Shown here in pieces: positions 1 to 9,727 of a stretch of DNA of 64,000 bases. How positions within the stretch are numbered: the first letter of the stretch is position 1; each line of letters opens with the position of its first letter. The notes beneath the pieces are model-generated. The model did no database searches and had not been told where the DNA came from. It worked only from the letters and a program-made list of their open reading frames with translations. The translations under genes were made by a program, and so were the position numbers. The stretch covers positions 28,678-92,677 of the forward strand of contig JAFTTP010000001.1 in the NCBI GenBank assembly GCA_017466725.1, read 5' to 3'. The DNA is from Clostridia bacterium. Lineage in GTDB: Bacteria > Bacillota > Clostridia > Christensenellales > UBA1242.

Positions 1-2
1 AA

Positions 3-692
3 AAGATAAACGTAAAATGCGGAGCGCTTTACCCTGAAGTAATTTCAAGTTTGACGACAAAGTTTGGGTGCGATGTTGGGTTCTGTTTTGACGGCGACGC
101 TGACAGAATTATCGCATGTGATGAAAAGGGCAATATTTTAGATGGTGATGACATTTTATATCTTCTTGCATGTAATTATAACGTAGATAAAATTGTAGGC
201 ACAAGCATGACAAACAAAGGGCTTGAGCTGGCATTAAGCGAAAAGGGCATCTCTCTACTTCGCGCAGACGTGGGCGACAAGTATGTAAGTCTTCTTATGC
301 GGCAGCAAGGTGCCTTTATTGGTGGTGAGCCCTGCGGGCACATCATCAATTCGCACATTTCTTCCACTGGCGACGGCGTTCTGAGCGCACTTACAATTGC
401 CAGCATGACAAGCGGCTGCAAACTTTCCTCTCTTTGTAATTATTACAAGTTTCCTCAAGCAACAATCAATATAAACGTAGCAGACAAAACTTCAATTTTA
501 AATGCACAAATTTTACAAAACGAAATTTTAAAATTGCAAAATGAGATTGAAAATGACGGTCGAATTCTTGTGAGAGCAAGCGGGACAGAAAACAAAATTA
601 GGGTAATGTGCGAGCACAAAATTGCAGAAAAATCCAACGAAATTGCAGAAAATTTAGCAAAAATTATAAAAAATTTAAATAAAAATACATAA
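3..692 (+). CDS. glmM: Phosphoglucosamine mutase, 5'-truncated by window edge
   Basis: Frame open from position 3 (INVKCGALYPE); DGDADR metal loop, VGDKYV, GGE, RASGTE motifs. Confidence 0.92.
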   Translation, partial: KINVKCGALYPEVISSLTTKFGCDVGFCFDGDADRIIACDEKGNILDGDDILYLLACNYNVDKIVGTSMTNKGLELALSEKGISLLRADVGDKYVSLLMRQQGAFIGGEPCGHIINSHISSTGDGVLSALTIASMTSGCKLSSLCNYYKFPQATININVADKTSILNAQILQNEILKLQNEIENDGRILVRASGTENKIRVMCEHKIAEKSNEIAENLAKIIKNLNKNT

Positions 693-1065
693 TTTTGATG
701 ATAAAGCAAAAAAGTGGGCTTATAAAGTCCACTTCTTGTATTTTATAATTATTGCGTCAGCAAGTCCCCCCCCCGAATTAAATCTGATAACAGATCGTCT
801 TCTTTAAGGTCATTAGCAATCAGCATGCGACGTTCAATATTAAAGCCTTCTTTTTGTAATTCTTTTACTTTTTGTATTCCGCCCATGCAATCTATCACTT
901 CGCTGGCAAGGGCGATCTCAAGCGTGGTCAAAACGCTCTGCATTCTTGTATAAGTTTTTCCACCACTCCATCCTTATACATTTATGTTATCACAAATTTC
1001 AATTATTTCAAGTATTTATATGAAAATTATTAAAAAATCACGAATAATCGTGATTTTTTGTATAG

Positions 1066-2847
1066 TTATATCAACTTTTGCCATTCATTTAACATTAAAC
1101 GCAAATAATCAAAACAGCCTTCAAATGTTTTTTCATCGGTGATATCACACCCAGCATTTTTGAGAATGGTGATTGGCGTGTCGCATCCGCCTGCTGAAAG
1201 AAATTTAAAGTAATCTTCAACCGCCCCTTTTTTCCCAGACAATATTCTGTTTGCAAATGCTATTGCGCAAATCATACCGGTTGAGTATTTATAGACATAA
1301 AAGCCTCTGAAAAAGTGTGGAATTCTTGCCCACTCATACTTTATCTCATCAATAAGTTTAACATGACCAAAATATTTTTTTACGATGTCACAATATGTGT
1401 CACAAACCTTATCTTTTGTAAGAGGCACATCATTTTCGTTCATTGAATGCATTGTTTGTTCAAACTCTGCAAACATAGTTTGACGATAAATTGAACCTTT
1501 TACTTCGTCGAAAAGTTTGTTGTATAAGTTTTTCTTTTCGTCATCAGATTTTGCCACGCTTAAAAGATAATTTATAAGCAACATTTCATTTGTGATGCTG
1601 GCAATTTCAGCCAAGAAAATTGTGTAATAGGATTTTGTTTCTGGTTGACATTTGCTTGAGAAATATGAGTGCATTGCATGGCCAAGTTCGTGAGCCAACG
1701 TAAACACATCATCAATTTGCCCTTCAAAATTTGTAAGCACATATGGATGATGCCCATAAATTGAATTGCAATAGGCGCCAGATGCTTTATCTTTATTTGG
1801 ATAAACATCAATCCATCTTTCATCTTTAGCGCGCTGAATTAGCCCCACATACTCTTCCCCAAGTGGAGCAACCGCCTTTTTAATTATTTCAATAGCCTCA
1901 TCGTAGGTATATTGCTTTTCAGCCTTATTCTCACCAAGTTCGCCAGCCAGAGTATCATAAATGTAAAAATCGTCAAGTTTCATTTCTTTTTGCTTTAACT
2001 TGTAATAATCAAACAACACTGGAAGATTTTTATTTACTTGATTTAAAAGTGTAAAGTAAACTTTCTCATCCACTTCCTCATTTTCAAGCGCCCTTTCCAG
2101 CGCAGACGGATAGTTTCTTACCTTAGCAAAATAACAGTTTGCTTTCACTTCGCTGATGTAATTGCTTGAAAGCATATTAATATGATTGCCAAATTCACCA
2201 TTTAACCTTGCAAAACTGTTTTTACGCAGCGTTCTGTCAGCGCATCTCATATATTTTGAATAATTTGAGTTTGTAAGTGCATGTTTTTCGCCTTTTTCAT
2301 CCTCAATTTCACCAAAATTGATGTCTGCATCTGAAAGTTTGTGCATATTTTCTGAAAATCCACCTAAAAAGTCCATGCCTGAAAGTAATTTTTCTTCTGC
2401 TGGCGACAAAATATGTTTTTTGTCATCCTTGATATCCTTGAAAAATTTATCATAATCTTTAAACTTTTCATCTGCAATCAGTTCGTCTAAAAACTCATCT
2501 GAAAGTGCGTGAAGTTCGCTTGAAATAAACGATGTTTCGTAAGAAACCTTGCTAAGCATATTTGAAATTGTTTCCACCATTTCATTACGCGCGTTATCGC
2601 TTACCACTTCGTCACTTTTTAGATAAGCATAAATTTGCAAAGGATCTAAAACTTTTGAGATTGACCTGTCAAAGCATAAATAATCCCAAATAACCTCTTT
2701 ATTATTAAGTTTTCCCTTATATTCTTGTAATTTATCAAGTTGTGGCTTGATTTCGTTTAATTTTGAATAAAACTCTTCATCACTAGTGCAAAGTGTGGAT
2801 AAGTCCCACTTAAACTTTTCTTCAATTTCACTGCGAGTTTTCATCAA
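1066..2847 (-). CDS. pepF: Oligoendopeptidase F (M3B)
   Basis: N-terminal KWDL, GAYC, TLAHELGHAMHS zinc motif, AEIAS, IPHF..FYVYKY. Confidence 0.95.
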   Translation of the reverse strand: MMKTRSEIEEKFKWDLSTLCTSDEEFYSKLNEIKPQLDKLQEYKGKLNNKEVIWDYLCFDRSISKVLDPLQIYAYLKSDEVVSDNARNEMVETISNMLSKVSYETSFISSELHALSDEFLDELIADEKFKDYDKFFKDIKDDKKHILSPAEEKLLSGMDFLGGFSENMHKLSDADINFGEIEDEKGEKHALTNSNYSKYMRCADRTLRKNSFARLNGEFGNHINMLSSNYISEVKANCYFAKVRNYPSALERALENEEVDEKVYFTLLNQVNKNLPVLFDYYKLKQKEMKLDDFYIYDTLAGELGENKAEKQYTYDEAIEIIKKAVAPLGEEYVGLIQRAKDERWIDVYPNKDKASGAYCNSIYGHHPYVLTNFEGQIDDVFTLAHELGHAMHSYFSSKCQPETKSYYTIFLAEIASITNEMLLINYLLSVAKSDDEKKNLYNKLFDEVKGSIYRQTMFAEFEQTMHSMNENDVPLTKDKVCDTYCDIVKKYFGHVKLIDEIKYEWARIPHFFRGFYVYKYSTGMICAIAFANRILSGKKGAVEDYFKFLSAGGCDTPITILKNAGCDITDEKTFEGCFDYLRLMLNEWQKLI

Positions 2848-2852
2848 TCCCC

Positions 2853-3551
2853 CTATCTAATAAAATATTTATCCATATAAAAGTCTGACCATGGTTTTTT
2901 GCTTGTATCCGGTGGGCACGCAAAAGTCATTTTTTGCTTGGTTGTTGGATGGGTAAATTCAAGTCTGCCCGCCCAAAGCCCAAGTGTTTTTGACGCCTTA
3001 GTTTTGTCTTTACCATACTTATTATCACCAAAAAGTGGACAATTGATGCCTGCAAGTTGCACCCTAATTTGATGACCTCTGCCTGTAAGCGGTTTTACTT
3101 CAAGCAAAGCACTATCACCTTCAACTTGCAAAACTTTATAGTCAAGCTCTGCTTTTTTGCAATCTTTTTCTGCCATTGTCACAATTTTAACAATATTCTC
3201 TTTTTCGTCCTTTTTTAAATGATGAACAAGATGGTCTTGCTTTGCTTGTGGAACTTTTGTGGTGACAGCATAATAAACTTTGTTCATTGTTTTTTCTTTA
3301 AATTGGTCACATAGTCTGCTTGCGGCTTTTGAAGTGCGCGCAAACACCATCACACCTCCTGTTGGACGGTCAAGCCTATGCACCAAGCCAATGTATGCCT
3401 CGCCCTCTTTATTATATTTTTCTTTTACATATTCTTTCACAATTGTCAGCATATCTTTGTCACCAGACTCATCTGCCTGAGTTGGCACATTATGTGGCTT
3501 TACCACAACAACAATGTGATTATCTTCATATAAAACAGTTAATTTTTCCAT
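2853..3551 (-). CDS. RluA-family RNA pseudouridine synthase
   Basis: VLYEDNH, VKP, HRLDRPTGG catalytic Asp, TGRGHQIRVQ, GDNKYG; start placed at MEKL. Confidence 0.93.
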   Translation of the reverse strand: MEKLTVLYEDNHIVVVVKPHNVPTQADESGDKDMLTIVKEYVKEKYNKEGEAYIGLVHRLDRPTGGVMVFARTSKAASRLCDQFKEKTMNKVYYAVTTKVPQAKQDHLVHHLKKDEKENIVKIVTMAEKDCKKAELDYKVLQVEGDSALLEVKPLTGRGHQIRVQLAGINCPLFGDNKYGKDKTKASKTLGLWAGRLEFTHPTTKQKMTFACPPDTSKKPWSDFYMDKYFIR

Positions 3552-4390
3552 ATTTTCAATCCCCTTGCCCCACATGGAAGCACAATTTTTTCATCAGTTG
3601 GAAGGCCAATTTCGTCAGCATCAATTCCGCCCTCACCAAACACAAGCGTCAAAATGTTTGAAAGCACGCTTGCTTGAAGTCCGGTTGTATAAGAAGAAAT
3701 AAGCACAAACAGCGGATTATCTGAAAGCACCTCTTTAGTAAGTTTTACAAAGTCAAAAAGGTTGTCTTCAAGTTTCCACATTTCGCCATTCGTTCCGCGG
3801 CCGTAACTTGGTGGGTCCATAATGATTGCATCATATCGGTTGCCCCTGCGGATTTCCCTTTCAATAAACTTCTTACAGTCGTCAACAATATATCTAATTG
3901 TGTCAATGCCATTTTCTCTTGCGTTTTCTCTTGCGCGCTCTACCATGCCTTTGCTTGCATCAACATGCGTAACTTTTGCCCCAGCGTGCGCACACACAAC
4001 ACTGGCGCCACCAGTATACGCAAAAAGGTTTAACACTTTAATTTCTCGTCCTGCCCCCTTGATTGCAGAAGAAATATCATTCCAGTTTACTGCTTGTTCT
4101 GGGAAAAGTCCGGTATGTTTAAAACCCATTGGTTTGATGATAAATCGTAAATCTTGCCAAGAAATTTTCCATTCTTCTGGCACATGATTTATAAACTTCC
4201 ATTGTCCACCACCTGAGTTTGAACGCAAGTAATGTCCGTCAAGCCCCTTATATGCCGACAATTTTTTCTGTGCGTGCCAAATCACTTGTGGGTCTGGGCG
4301 AAGCAGCGTATATTTGCCCCATCTTTCAAGTTTTTCTCCATCTCCTGTGGCAATCACCTGATAGTCTTTCCAATCATTTGCAATTTTCAT
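3539..4390 (-). CDS. Class I SAM-dependent methyltransferase (RlmI/RlmK-like)
   Basis: HTGLFPEQ, VLNLFAYTGG, DPPSYGRG motifs. Confidence 0.88.
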   Translation of the reverse strand: MKIANDWKDYQVIATGDGEKLERWGKYTLLRPDPQVIWHAQKKLSAYKGLDGHYLRSNSGGGQWKFINHVPEEWKISWQDLRFIIKPMGFKHTGLFPEQAVNWNDISSAIKGAGREIKVLNLFAYTGGASVVCAHAGAKVTHVDASKGMVERARENARENGIDTIRYIVDDCKKFIEREIRRGNRYDAIIMDPPSYGRGTNGEMWKLEDNLFDFVKLTKEVLSDNPLFVLISSYTTGLQASVLSNILTLVFGEGGIDADEIGLPTDEKIVLPCGARGLKIWKN

Positions 4391-4478
4391 AAAATCTCCT
4401 ATAAATAATAATATATCACATATTTAAATAAATTTCAATTATATAATTGAATTTACTTATATTTTAGAAAAATCAATA

Positions 4479-4507
4479 TTGACAATCGCATGATTGTGTA
4501 GTAAAAT
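4479..4507 (+). promoter_or_regulatory. Sigma-A promoter of the paralog triad, with a palindromic operator candidate
   Basis: TTGACA-17bp-TAAAAT; ACAATC-gcat-GATTGT palindrome at 4482-4497. Confidence 0.7.
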
Positions 4508-4531
4508 ATTTATAGAAAAAGGAGAAAACTT

Positions 4532-5053
4532 ATGAAAGAATTAAAAAGAGATGGCATGCCAGGCAACTACTGGTTTGTAGATGGAAATAAAGCAAGCGAA
4601 CATTTCTATGATGCAGCTGAATATGCGCGAGGATTTGTACAAGTTCAAAAGACAAGTAATTCACCAAGACAATGGAGAGATTTGCTTGGAAGATTGACCG
4701 ACGTACAAACTGCAAGCGGAAGGGAATTTTATCGTTTTTGCATCAAAGAAATTTCTTTACATGAAATAAGCGGAATTCACTTTGCTGACGAAGTATTTTG
4801 TAAAGGAATTAAAGATGAAATCATATCACAGGCAAAAGAAGAAGCGAAATATGAATTTGCTGCAGGAAGAACAGTAAGTAAAGAAGATTATCGAACTAAA
4901 ATTGAATGCGATTTTGATTATATTGAAAGAGTACGTAAAGAAGCCCTTGAACGTATTGCAATCCTTAAAAGAACAGAGGATGAATGCAAGAATGCAGAAA
5001 AAGCGCGACAAGACGCTTACGACGACACAATGGAATTTTTAAATAATTTATAA
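4532..5053 (+). CDS. Hypothetical protein, tandem paralog 1 (single WG-repeat-like N-terminal motif)
   Basis: AAGGAG RBS; shares AxxYxxGFxxV...RD(L/M)(L/I)GR...TxSGxxFY and a C-terminal tail motif with the next two ORFs. Confidence 0.8.
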   Translation: MKELKRDGMPGNYWFVDGNKASEHFYDAAEYARGFVQVQKTSNSPRQWRDLLGRLTDVQTASGREFYRFCIKEISLHEISGIHFADEVFCKGIKDEIISQAKEEAKYEFAAGRTVSKEDYRTKIECDFDYIERVRKEALERIAILKRTEDECKNAEKARQDAYDDTMEFLNNL

Positions 5054-5061
5054 GGATAAAA

Positions 5062-5610
5062 ATGGAACCAATATTAAAATTGATTGAAAAAGGCGGAAAA
5101 CATTATTTTGTTGACCATAAAAACAATTTAAGTCAGCCTTTTTTTAAAGCAAAAGAATATGAGAATGGCTTTGCAATGGTAAGGGTTGATGAGTTTACAG
5201 GATGGCAATATCGTGACCTGCTTGGCAGAATTTCTGAAAAGAAAACTAAAAGCGGAAATGAGTTTTATCTTTTCTGCGAAGGGAAACTTAAACTTGATGA
5301 AATCTCATTGCAATACTTTGCAAACAATGTATTTGATAAGGGCATAAAAGAAGTTTTGATATTAAAAGCAAAAGAACTTGCACTTTCACGCATGGAAGAT
5401 GGCGGAGACATAAGCAAAGAAACGTTTAAGTTGTTAATTGAAAAACACTTTAACATGGTTGACGCTTTTGCTGCAATGGCACGCGCAACGCAAAAAGGCG
5501 GCGAAGAAGAGTCTGCACAACGCGCACAATTTGAAAAAGAAAAACGCACCGCCCTGTTAGAACGACAATATGAATTCTACGAAACAATGGAATATTTAGA
5601 CAGTTTATAA
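5062..5610 (+). CDS. Hypothetical protein, tandem paralog 2
   Basis: AAGGA RBS; AKEYENGFAMV...WQYRDLLGR...TKSGNEFY...FYETMEYLDSL. Confidence 0.8.
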   Translation: MEPILKLIEKGGKHYFVDHKNNLSQPFFKAKEYENGFAMVRVDEFTGWQYRDLLGRISEKKTKSGNEFYLFCEGKLKLDEISLQYFANNVFDKGIKEVLILKAKELALSRMEDGGDISKETFKLLIEKHFNMVDAFAAMARATQKGGEEESAQRAQFEKEKRTALLERQYEFYETMEYLDSL

Positions 5611-5616
5611 GGAGAA

Positions 5617-6201
5617 ATGATGAAAGACAGCAAATTACCTAAACTTTTAAAAACAAACGGCCGTTACCCTTACGACATATATCAATTTGAGGACATTGAC
5701 GGCAATTACAGTGAGCAATATTGGGCAGCAACAAACTATCATAATGGATTTGCGCAAGTTGCAGTCACACTTAAAGGCGACTTTCAATATCGCGATATGA
5801 TTGGCAGAATTACCGCAAAACCTACAAAAAGCGGCAAAAATTTCTATAAATTTTATATCGAAGAAATCTCTTTAAAACAAATTGAGGTTATATGTTTTGC
5901 AGATAAAGAGTTTTGCATGGCAGTAAAGCGAGAGCTTATTGCACGTCAGCACGCAAAAGCAAAAGAGATTTTTGCAAAGGGTGAAAAGCCAGATAAAACC
6001 AAAGTGCAAAAAGAAATTGAAAGAGATTTTAAATATATTGACAAAATGCACAGAAAGGCAGTGCAAATGAAAGCAGAACATGAAAAACGAAAGAAAAAAA
6101 CTGCAGTTGCGCCACAAGCAAAAACGACTGCAAAGCCTGACTATTCAGCCCAATATTATGAAACTAAAGATTATTTAAACGGCATAAGCCTTGAAGATTA
6201 A
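5617..6201 (+). CDS. Hypothetical protein, tandem paralog 3
   Basis: AAGGAG RBS; ATNYHNGFAQV...FQYRDMIGR...TKSGKNFY...YYETKDYL. Confidence 0.8.
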   Translation: MMKDSKLPKLLKTNGRYPYDIYQFEDIDGNYSEQYWAATNYHNGFAQVAVTLKGDFQYRDMIGRITAKPTKSGKNFYKFYIEEISLKQIEVICFADKEFCMAVKRELIARQHAKAKEIFAKGEKPDKTKVQKEIERDFKYIDKMHRKAVQMKAEHEKRKKKTAVAPQAKTTAKPDYSAQYYETKDYLNGISLED

Positions 6202-6230
6202 AAAAGAACGCTAACTCAAGCGTTCTTTTT
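6201..6230. terminator. Bidirectional intrinsic terminator between the paralog triad and ileS
   Basis: AAAAAGAACGCT-loop-AGCGTTCTTTTT. Confidence 0.85.
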
Positions 6231-6235
6231 GTTTT

Positions 6236-9200
6236 TTACATTTTTGTCATGTAAACATTTACTGTTTGTCCGTTGAAAGTAAGAGATGTGTTAAACTCCC
6301 CTTGACTTCCTTTGCCAAACTTATCAGCAAGAAGTGTCTTTGTAAATTCATTTTGTCTTGCAACCAACGTTTCAACCGCTGCCGCGTCACCATCAATTTC
6401 AAGTGCAATATGATTTACAACTTCAAGTCCGCTGTCTTTTCTAAGGTTTTGCACCTTGCTTACAAATTCGTTTACAAGGCCTTTTTCAAGAAGTTGTTCA
6501 GTAAGCGTTGTATCAAGCACAACTGTGAGATTGCCGTTTGTTTCTGAAGAATATCCCTCTTTATTTTTAAGCGCAATCAACAGGTCTTCTTCGCCAATTT
6601 CAACTTGTACTCCATTTGCATCAAATGCAAGCTTTTCGCCTTTTCTTACCTTGTTTACCGCTTCAACTGGGTTTACTTTTGCAAGGTATTCCCTTATTGC
6701 GCCAAGTTGTTTGCCATATTTTGGCCCAAGTGTTTTAAGTTGAGGTTTTAATTCGTACGATACATATTCGTCAGCATCCTTTAAAATTTCAACATTTTCA
6801 ACATTGAGTTCGTCCTTAATAAGCCCTTGTAGTTCAGCGTCAAGTTTAAGCTGGGTTGCACACGCAATCATAACCTTTGAAAGTGGTTGGCGATTTTTTA
6901 CATTGCTTCCGCTTCTGCAAGAACGGCCAAGGTTGACAATTTCAAGCACTTCATTCATACCTTCGTTAAGGGCGCTGTTAATCATGCTTTCATCCGCCTC
7001 TGGATATGACGCAAAGTGCACGCTTTCTGGTGCGTTTTTGTCAAGGTTTCTCACCAAGTTTTGATAAATTTCTTCCGAAATAAATGGAAGGAATGGCGCA
7101 AGAAGTCTTGACATGCTTGTCAGCACTTCGTAAAGTGTTTTGTATGCTGCAATCTTGTCGTCGCTTTCTTCGCTGCCCCAGAATCTTTCACGAGAGCGGC
7201 GAACATACCAGTTTGAAAGTTTATCTACAAATTCAGTCATTGCCCTAGACGCAGAAAGCATATCAAGTTTATCAAGGCAGTTTGTAACAAATTTTACAAG
7301 TGCATTGTATTCTGAAAGTAACCATCTGTCAAGGAATGAAAGTTTGCAATCTTTAAGGTTATATTTTGTTGGATCAATCTTATCAATTTCAGCGTAAAGC
7401 ACATAGAAAGCATAAACATTCCAAAGTGTACCCATAAACTTACGTTGAAGTTCAACCAAGTTGTCTTCGTTGAAAGCAATGCCCTGTCCAGCAACGCAGT
7501 TGTTATAGAAGTACCATCTAAGGCCGTCTGCACCTTCTTTATCAAGCACTGACCATGGATCAATTCCGTTGCCAAGTGATTTTGACATTTTTAAGCCGTT
7601 TCTATCAAGCACTAGTCCCAAAAGGTTGCAAGATTTATATGGGCTTTTGCCAAAAAGCGCTGTATTTACTGCTTGAAGTGTATAGAACCAACCTCTTGTT
7701 TGGTCAATTGCCTCACTGATGTAATCTGCTGGGAAAGATTTTTCAAATTTTTCCTTATTTTCAAATGGGTAGTGATATTGAGCAAATGGCATTGCACCAC
7801 TATCAAACCAGCAGTCCATAACCTCTGGTGTTCTTCTCATAGTATTCCCACATTTTGGACATGGGAAAGTAAGTGGATCAAGGTGAGGTTTATGAAGGTC
7901 TTTTGGTCTGACACCTGTCAATTTTTCAATTTCATCCCAGCTGCCCATAACATGAATATGGCCACATTCGCAAGTCCAGAATGGAAGTGGTGTACCCCAA
8001 TATCTGTTTCTTGAAATTCCCCAATCTATATTATTTGCAAGGAAATTACCCATTCTGCCCGCTTTGATATGGTCTGGGCACCAGTAAACACCATTATTGT
8101 TTTCAACCATTTGGTCTTTGATTGCTGTTGTTTTGATAAACCACGCTTCTTTTGCATAGTAAAGAAGTGGGCTCTTACAACGCCAGCAATGTGGATATGA
8201 GTGCTCGAATGGAAGAACTTTAAACATTTTGCCTTCACGCTCAAGTTTTTCAATCACATATTTGTCAGCTTTCTTTACAAACATACCACCAAAGTCAGTT
8301 TTATCGCTCATATTACCAGCTTCGTCAACAAGTTGAACAAAGTCAATGTCATATTTTTTGCAAACTTTATTGTCGTCTTCACCAAAAGCTGGTGCAATGT
8401 GTACGATACCAGTTCCGTCTTCTGTTGTAACATAATCATCTACTACAACGAAATATCCCTTTTTAACCTCATCTTTAGCATAGTCAAAAAGTGGCTGATA
8501 TTTATGATATTCATATTCTTTTCCACATTTTCTTGAGAGAATTGTATAACTTCCCTCTTCAAACAGCGTTGGAACAAGTTTTTCAAGCATAATGTAGTTT
8601 ACTCCATTTGAAACAAGTTTAACATATGTTTCATTTGGGTTCATACAAAGCGCAACATTTGATGGAAGTGTCCAAGGTGTTGTTGTCCACACAATAAAAT
8701 ATGTGTTTTCTTCTTCCATGCTTTTAAACTTAACAAAAACAGAGTTTTCCTTCAAAATTTTGTAGTTATCGCCATTTTCAACTTCCATTTTTGACAAAGT
8801 AGTTCCACATCTTGGGCAATATGGGCTGATTTTGTGGCCTTTATAAATCAAACCTTTTTTGTCCATTTCTTTAAGAGACCAGAAAATTGACTCAATATAA
8901 TTGTTGTCATAGGTAATGTATGGATTGTCCATATCAACCCAGTATCCAATACGTTTAGTAAACTTTTCCCACATGCCCTTATATTCCCACACAGAGTTGC
9001 GGCAAAGTTCAATAAACTTATCTACCCCATATTTTTCAATGTCTTGTTTCCCATTGAGGCCAAGTTTCTTTTCAATTTCAACTTCTACTGGAAGTCCATG
9101 TGTGTCCCAGCCAGCCTTACGATAGATATAATACCCCTTCATTGACTTATATCTTGGAATTATATCTTTCATAACACGGGTTAAAAGGTGCCCAATGTGT

Positions 9201-9364
9201 GGCTTGCCATTTGCTGTTGGTGGCCCATCATACAACGTGTATGACTTGTCACTACCCTCATTAAGTTTAAGCCCCTTGTTTACAATGTCATTCTTTTCCC
9301 AAAATTCTAAAATTTTGTCTTCATTTTTTAAGAAGTCAAGTTTGGTGTCAACTTTATTATACAT
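6236..9364 (-). CDS. ileS: Isoleucyl-tRNA synthetase, type 2 (long form)
   Basis: DGPPTANGKPHIGH, GWDTHGLP, WTTTPWTL, KMSKS; 1042 aa; Ile T-box upstream. Confidence 0.97.
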   Translation of the reverse strand: MYNKVDTKLDFLKNEDKILEFWEKNDIVNKGLKLNEGSDKSYTLYDGPPTANGKPHIGHLLTRVMKDIIPRYKSMKGYYIYRKAGWDTHGLPVEVEIEKKLGLNGKQDIEKYGVDKFIELCRNSVWEYKGMWEKFTKRIGYWVDMDNPYITYDNNYIESIFWSLKEMDKKGLIYKGHKISPYCPRCGTTLSKMEVENGDNYKILKENSVFVKFKSMEEENTYFIVWTTTPWTLPSNVALCMNPNETYVKLVSNGVNYIMLEKLVPTLFEEGSYTILSRKCGKEYEYHKYQPLFDYAKDEVKKGYFVVVDDYVTTEDGTGIVHIAPAFGEDDNKVCKKYDIDFVQLVDEAGNMSDKTDFGGMFVKKADKYVIEKLEREGKMFKVLPFEHSYPHCWRCKSPLLYYAKEAWFIKTTAIKDQMVENNNGVYWCPDHIKAGRMGNFLANNIDWGISRNRYWGTPLPFWTCECGHIHVMGSWDEIEKLTGVRPKDLHKPHLDPLTFPCPKCGNTMRRTPEVMDCWFDSGAMPFAQYHYPFENKEKFEKSFPADYISEAIDQTRGWFYTLQAVNTALFGKSPYKSCNLLGLVLDRNGLKMSKSLGNGIDPWSVLDKEGADGLRWYFYNNCVAGQGIAFNEDNLVELQRKFMGTLWNVYAFYVLYAEIDKIDPTKYNLKDCKLSFLDRWLLSEYNALVKFVTNCLDKLDMLSASRAMTEFVDKLSNWYVRRSRERFWGSEESDDKIAAYKTLYEVLTSMSRLLAPFLPFISEEIYQNLVRNLDKNAPESVHFASYPEADESMINSALNEGMNEVLEIVNLGRSCRSGSNVKNRQPLSKVMIACATQLKLDAELQGLIKDELNVENVEILKDADEYVSYELKPQLKTLGPKYGKQLGAIREYLAKVNPVEAVNKVRKGEKLAFDANGVQVEIGEEDLLIALKNKEGYSSETNGNLTVVLDTTLTEQLLEKGLVNEFVSKVQNLRKDSGLEVVNHIALEIDGDAAAVETLVARQNEFTKTLLADKFGKGSQGEFNTSLTFNGQTVNVYMTKM

Positions 9365-9397
9365 TTTATTTCTCCTTTTATTTTTTCAATGCTAAGA

Positions 9398-9635
9398 AAC
9401 AAAAAAGTCGTATTAAGATACAAGAACCTAATACGGCTTTATAAACCACTTGTAGTCTTTTGTTGTAGCGGTCAATCAACCACCTCTTCTATTACGGGAA
9501 GTCCCGGCAAAGATTACTTTTATTTTCACCCTTGCAACTCCGAAAGTGATAACTTTTCAACTTCGCCATTGCCTCGCACCAAACGGCAACTCTCTGAAAA
9601 CTCCATATAAAAAGCCTTGTCTTTCATCTTCGCAT
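9398..9635 (-). promoter_or_regulatory. Ile T-box riboswitch leader
   Basis: Minus strand: AGAGA and GGTG motifs in stem I, ATC (Ile) specifier, CCGTAA F-box-like motif, terminator AAAGCCGTATTAGG...CTTAATACGACTTTTTT. Confidence 0.82.
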
Positions 9636-9727
9636 TTTAAAATCAAGTATATTTTAATCGCTTTCAAGTCTTTTGTCAAGCATTTTGTAAACTTAGTTTG
9701 CATGTGCTTGAATAAAAACCATTTCAA

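Noticed and set aside
749-943. 64-aa minus-strand ORF between glmM and pepF
   Set aside because: No well-spaced RBS and no recognisable motif; could be a small gene or remnant but cannot be supported
6236-9364. Type 2 IleRS as an acquired mupirocin-resistance gene
   Set aside because: Type 2 IleRS is common in Clostridia; it has a native T-box leader and no mobile context
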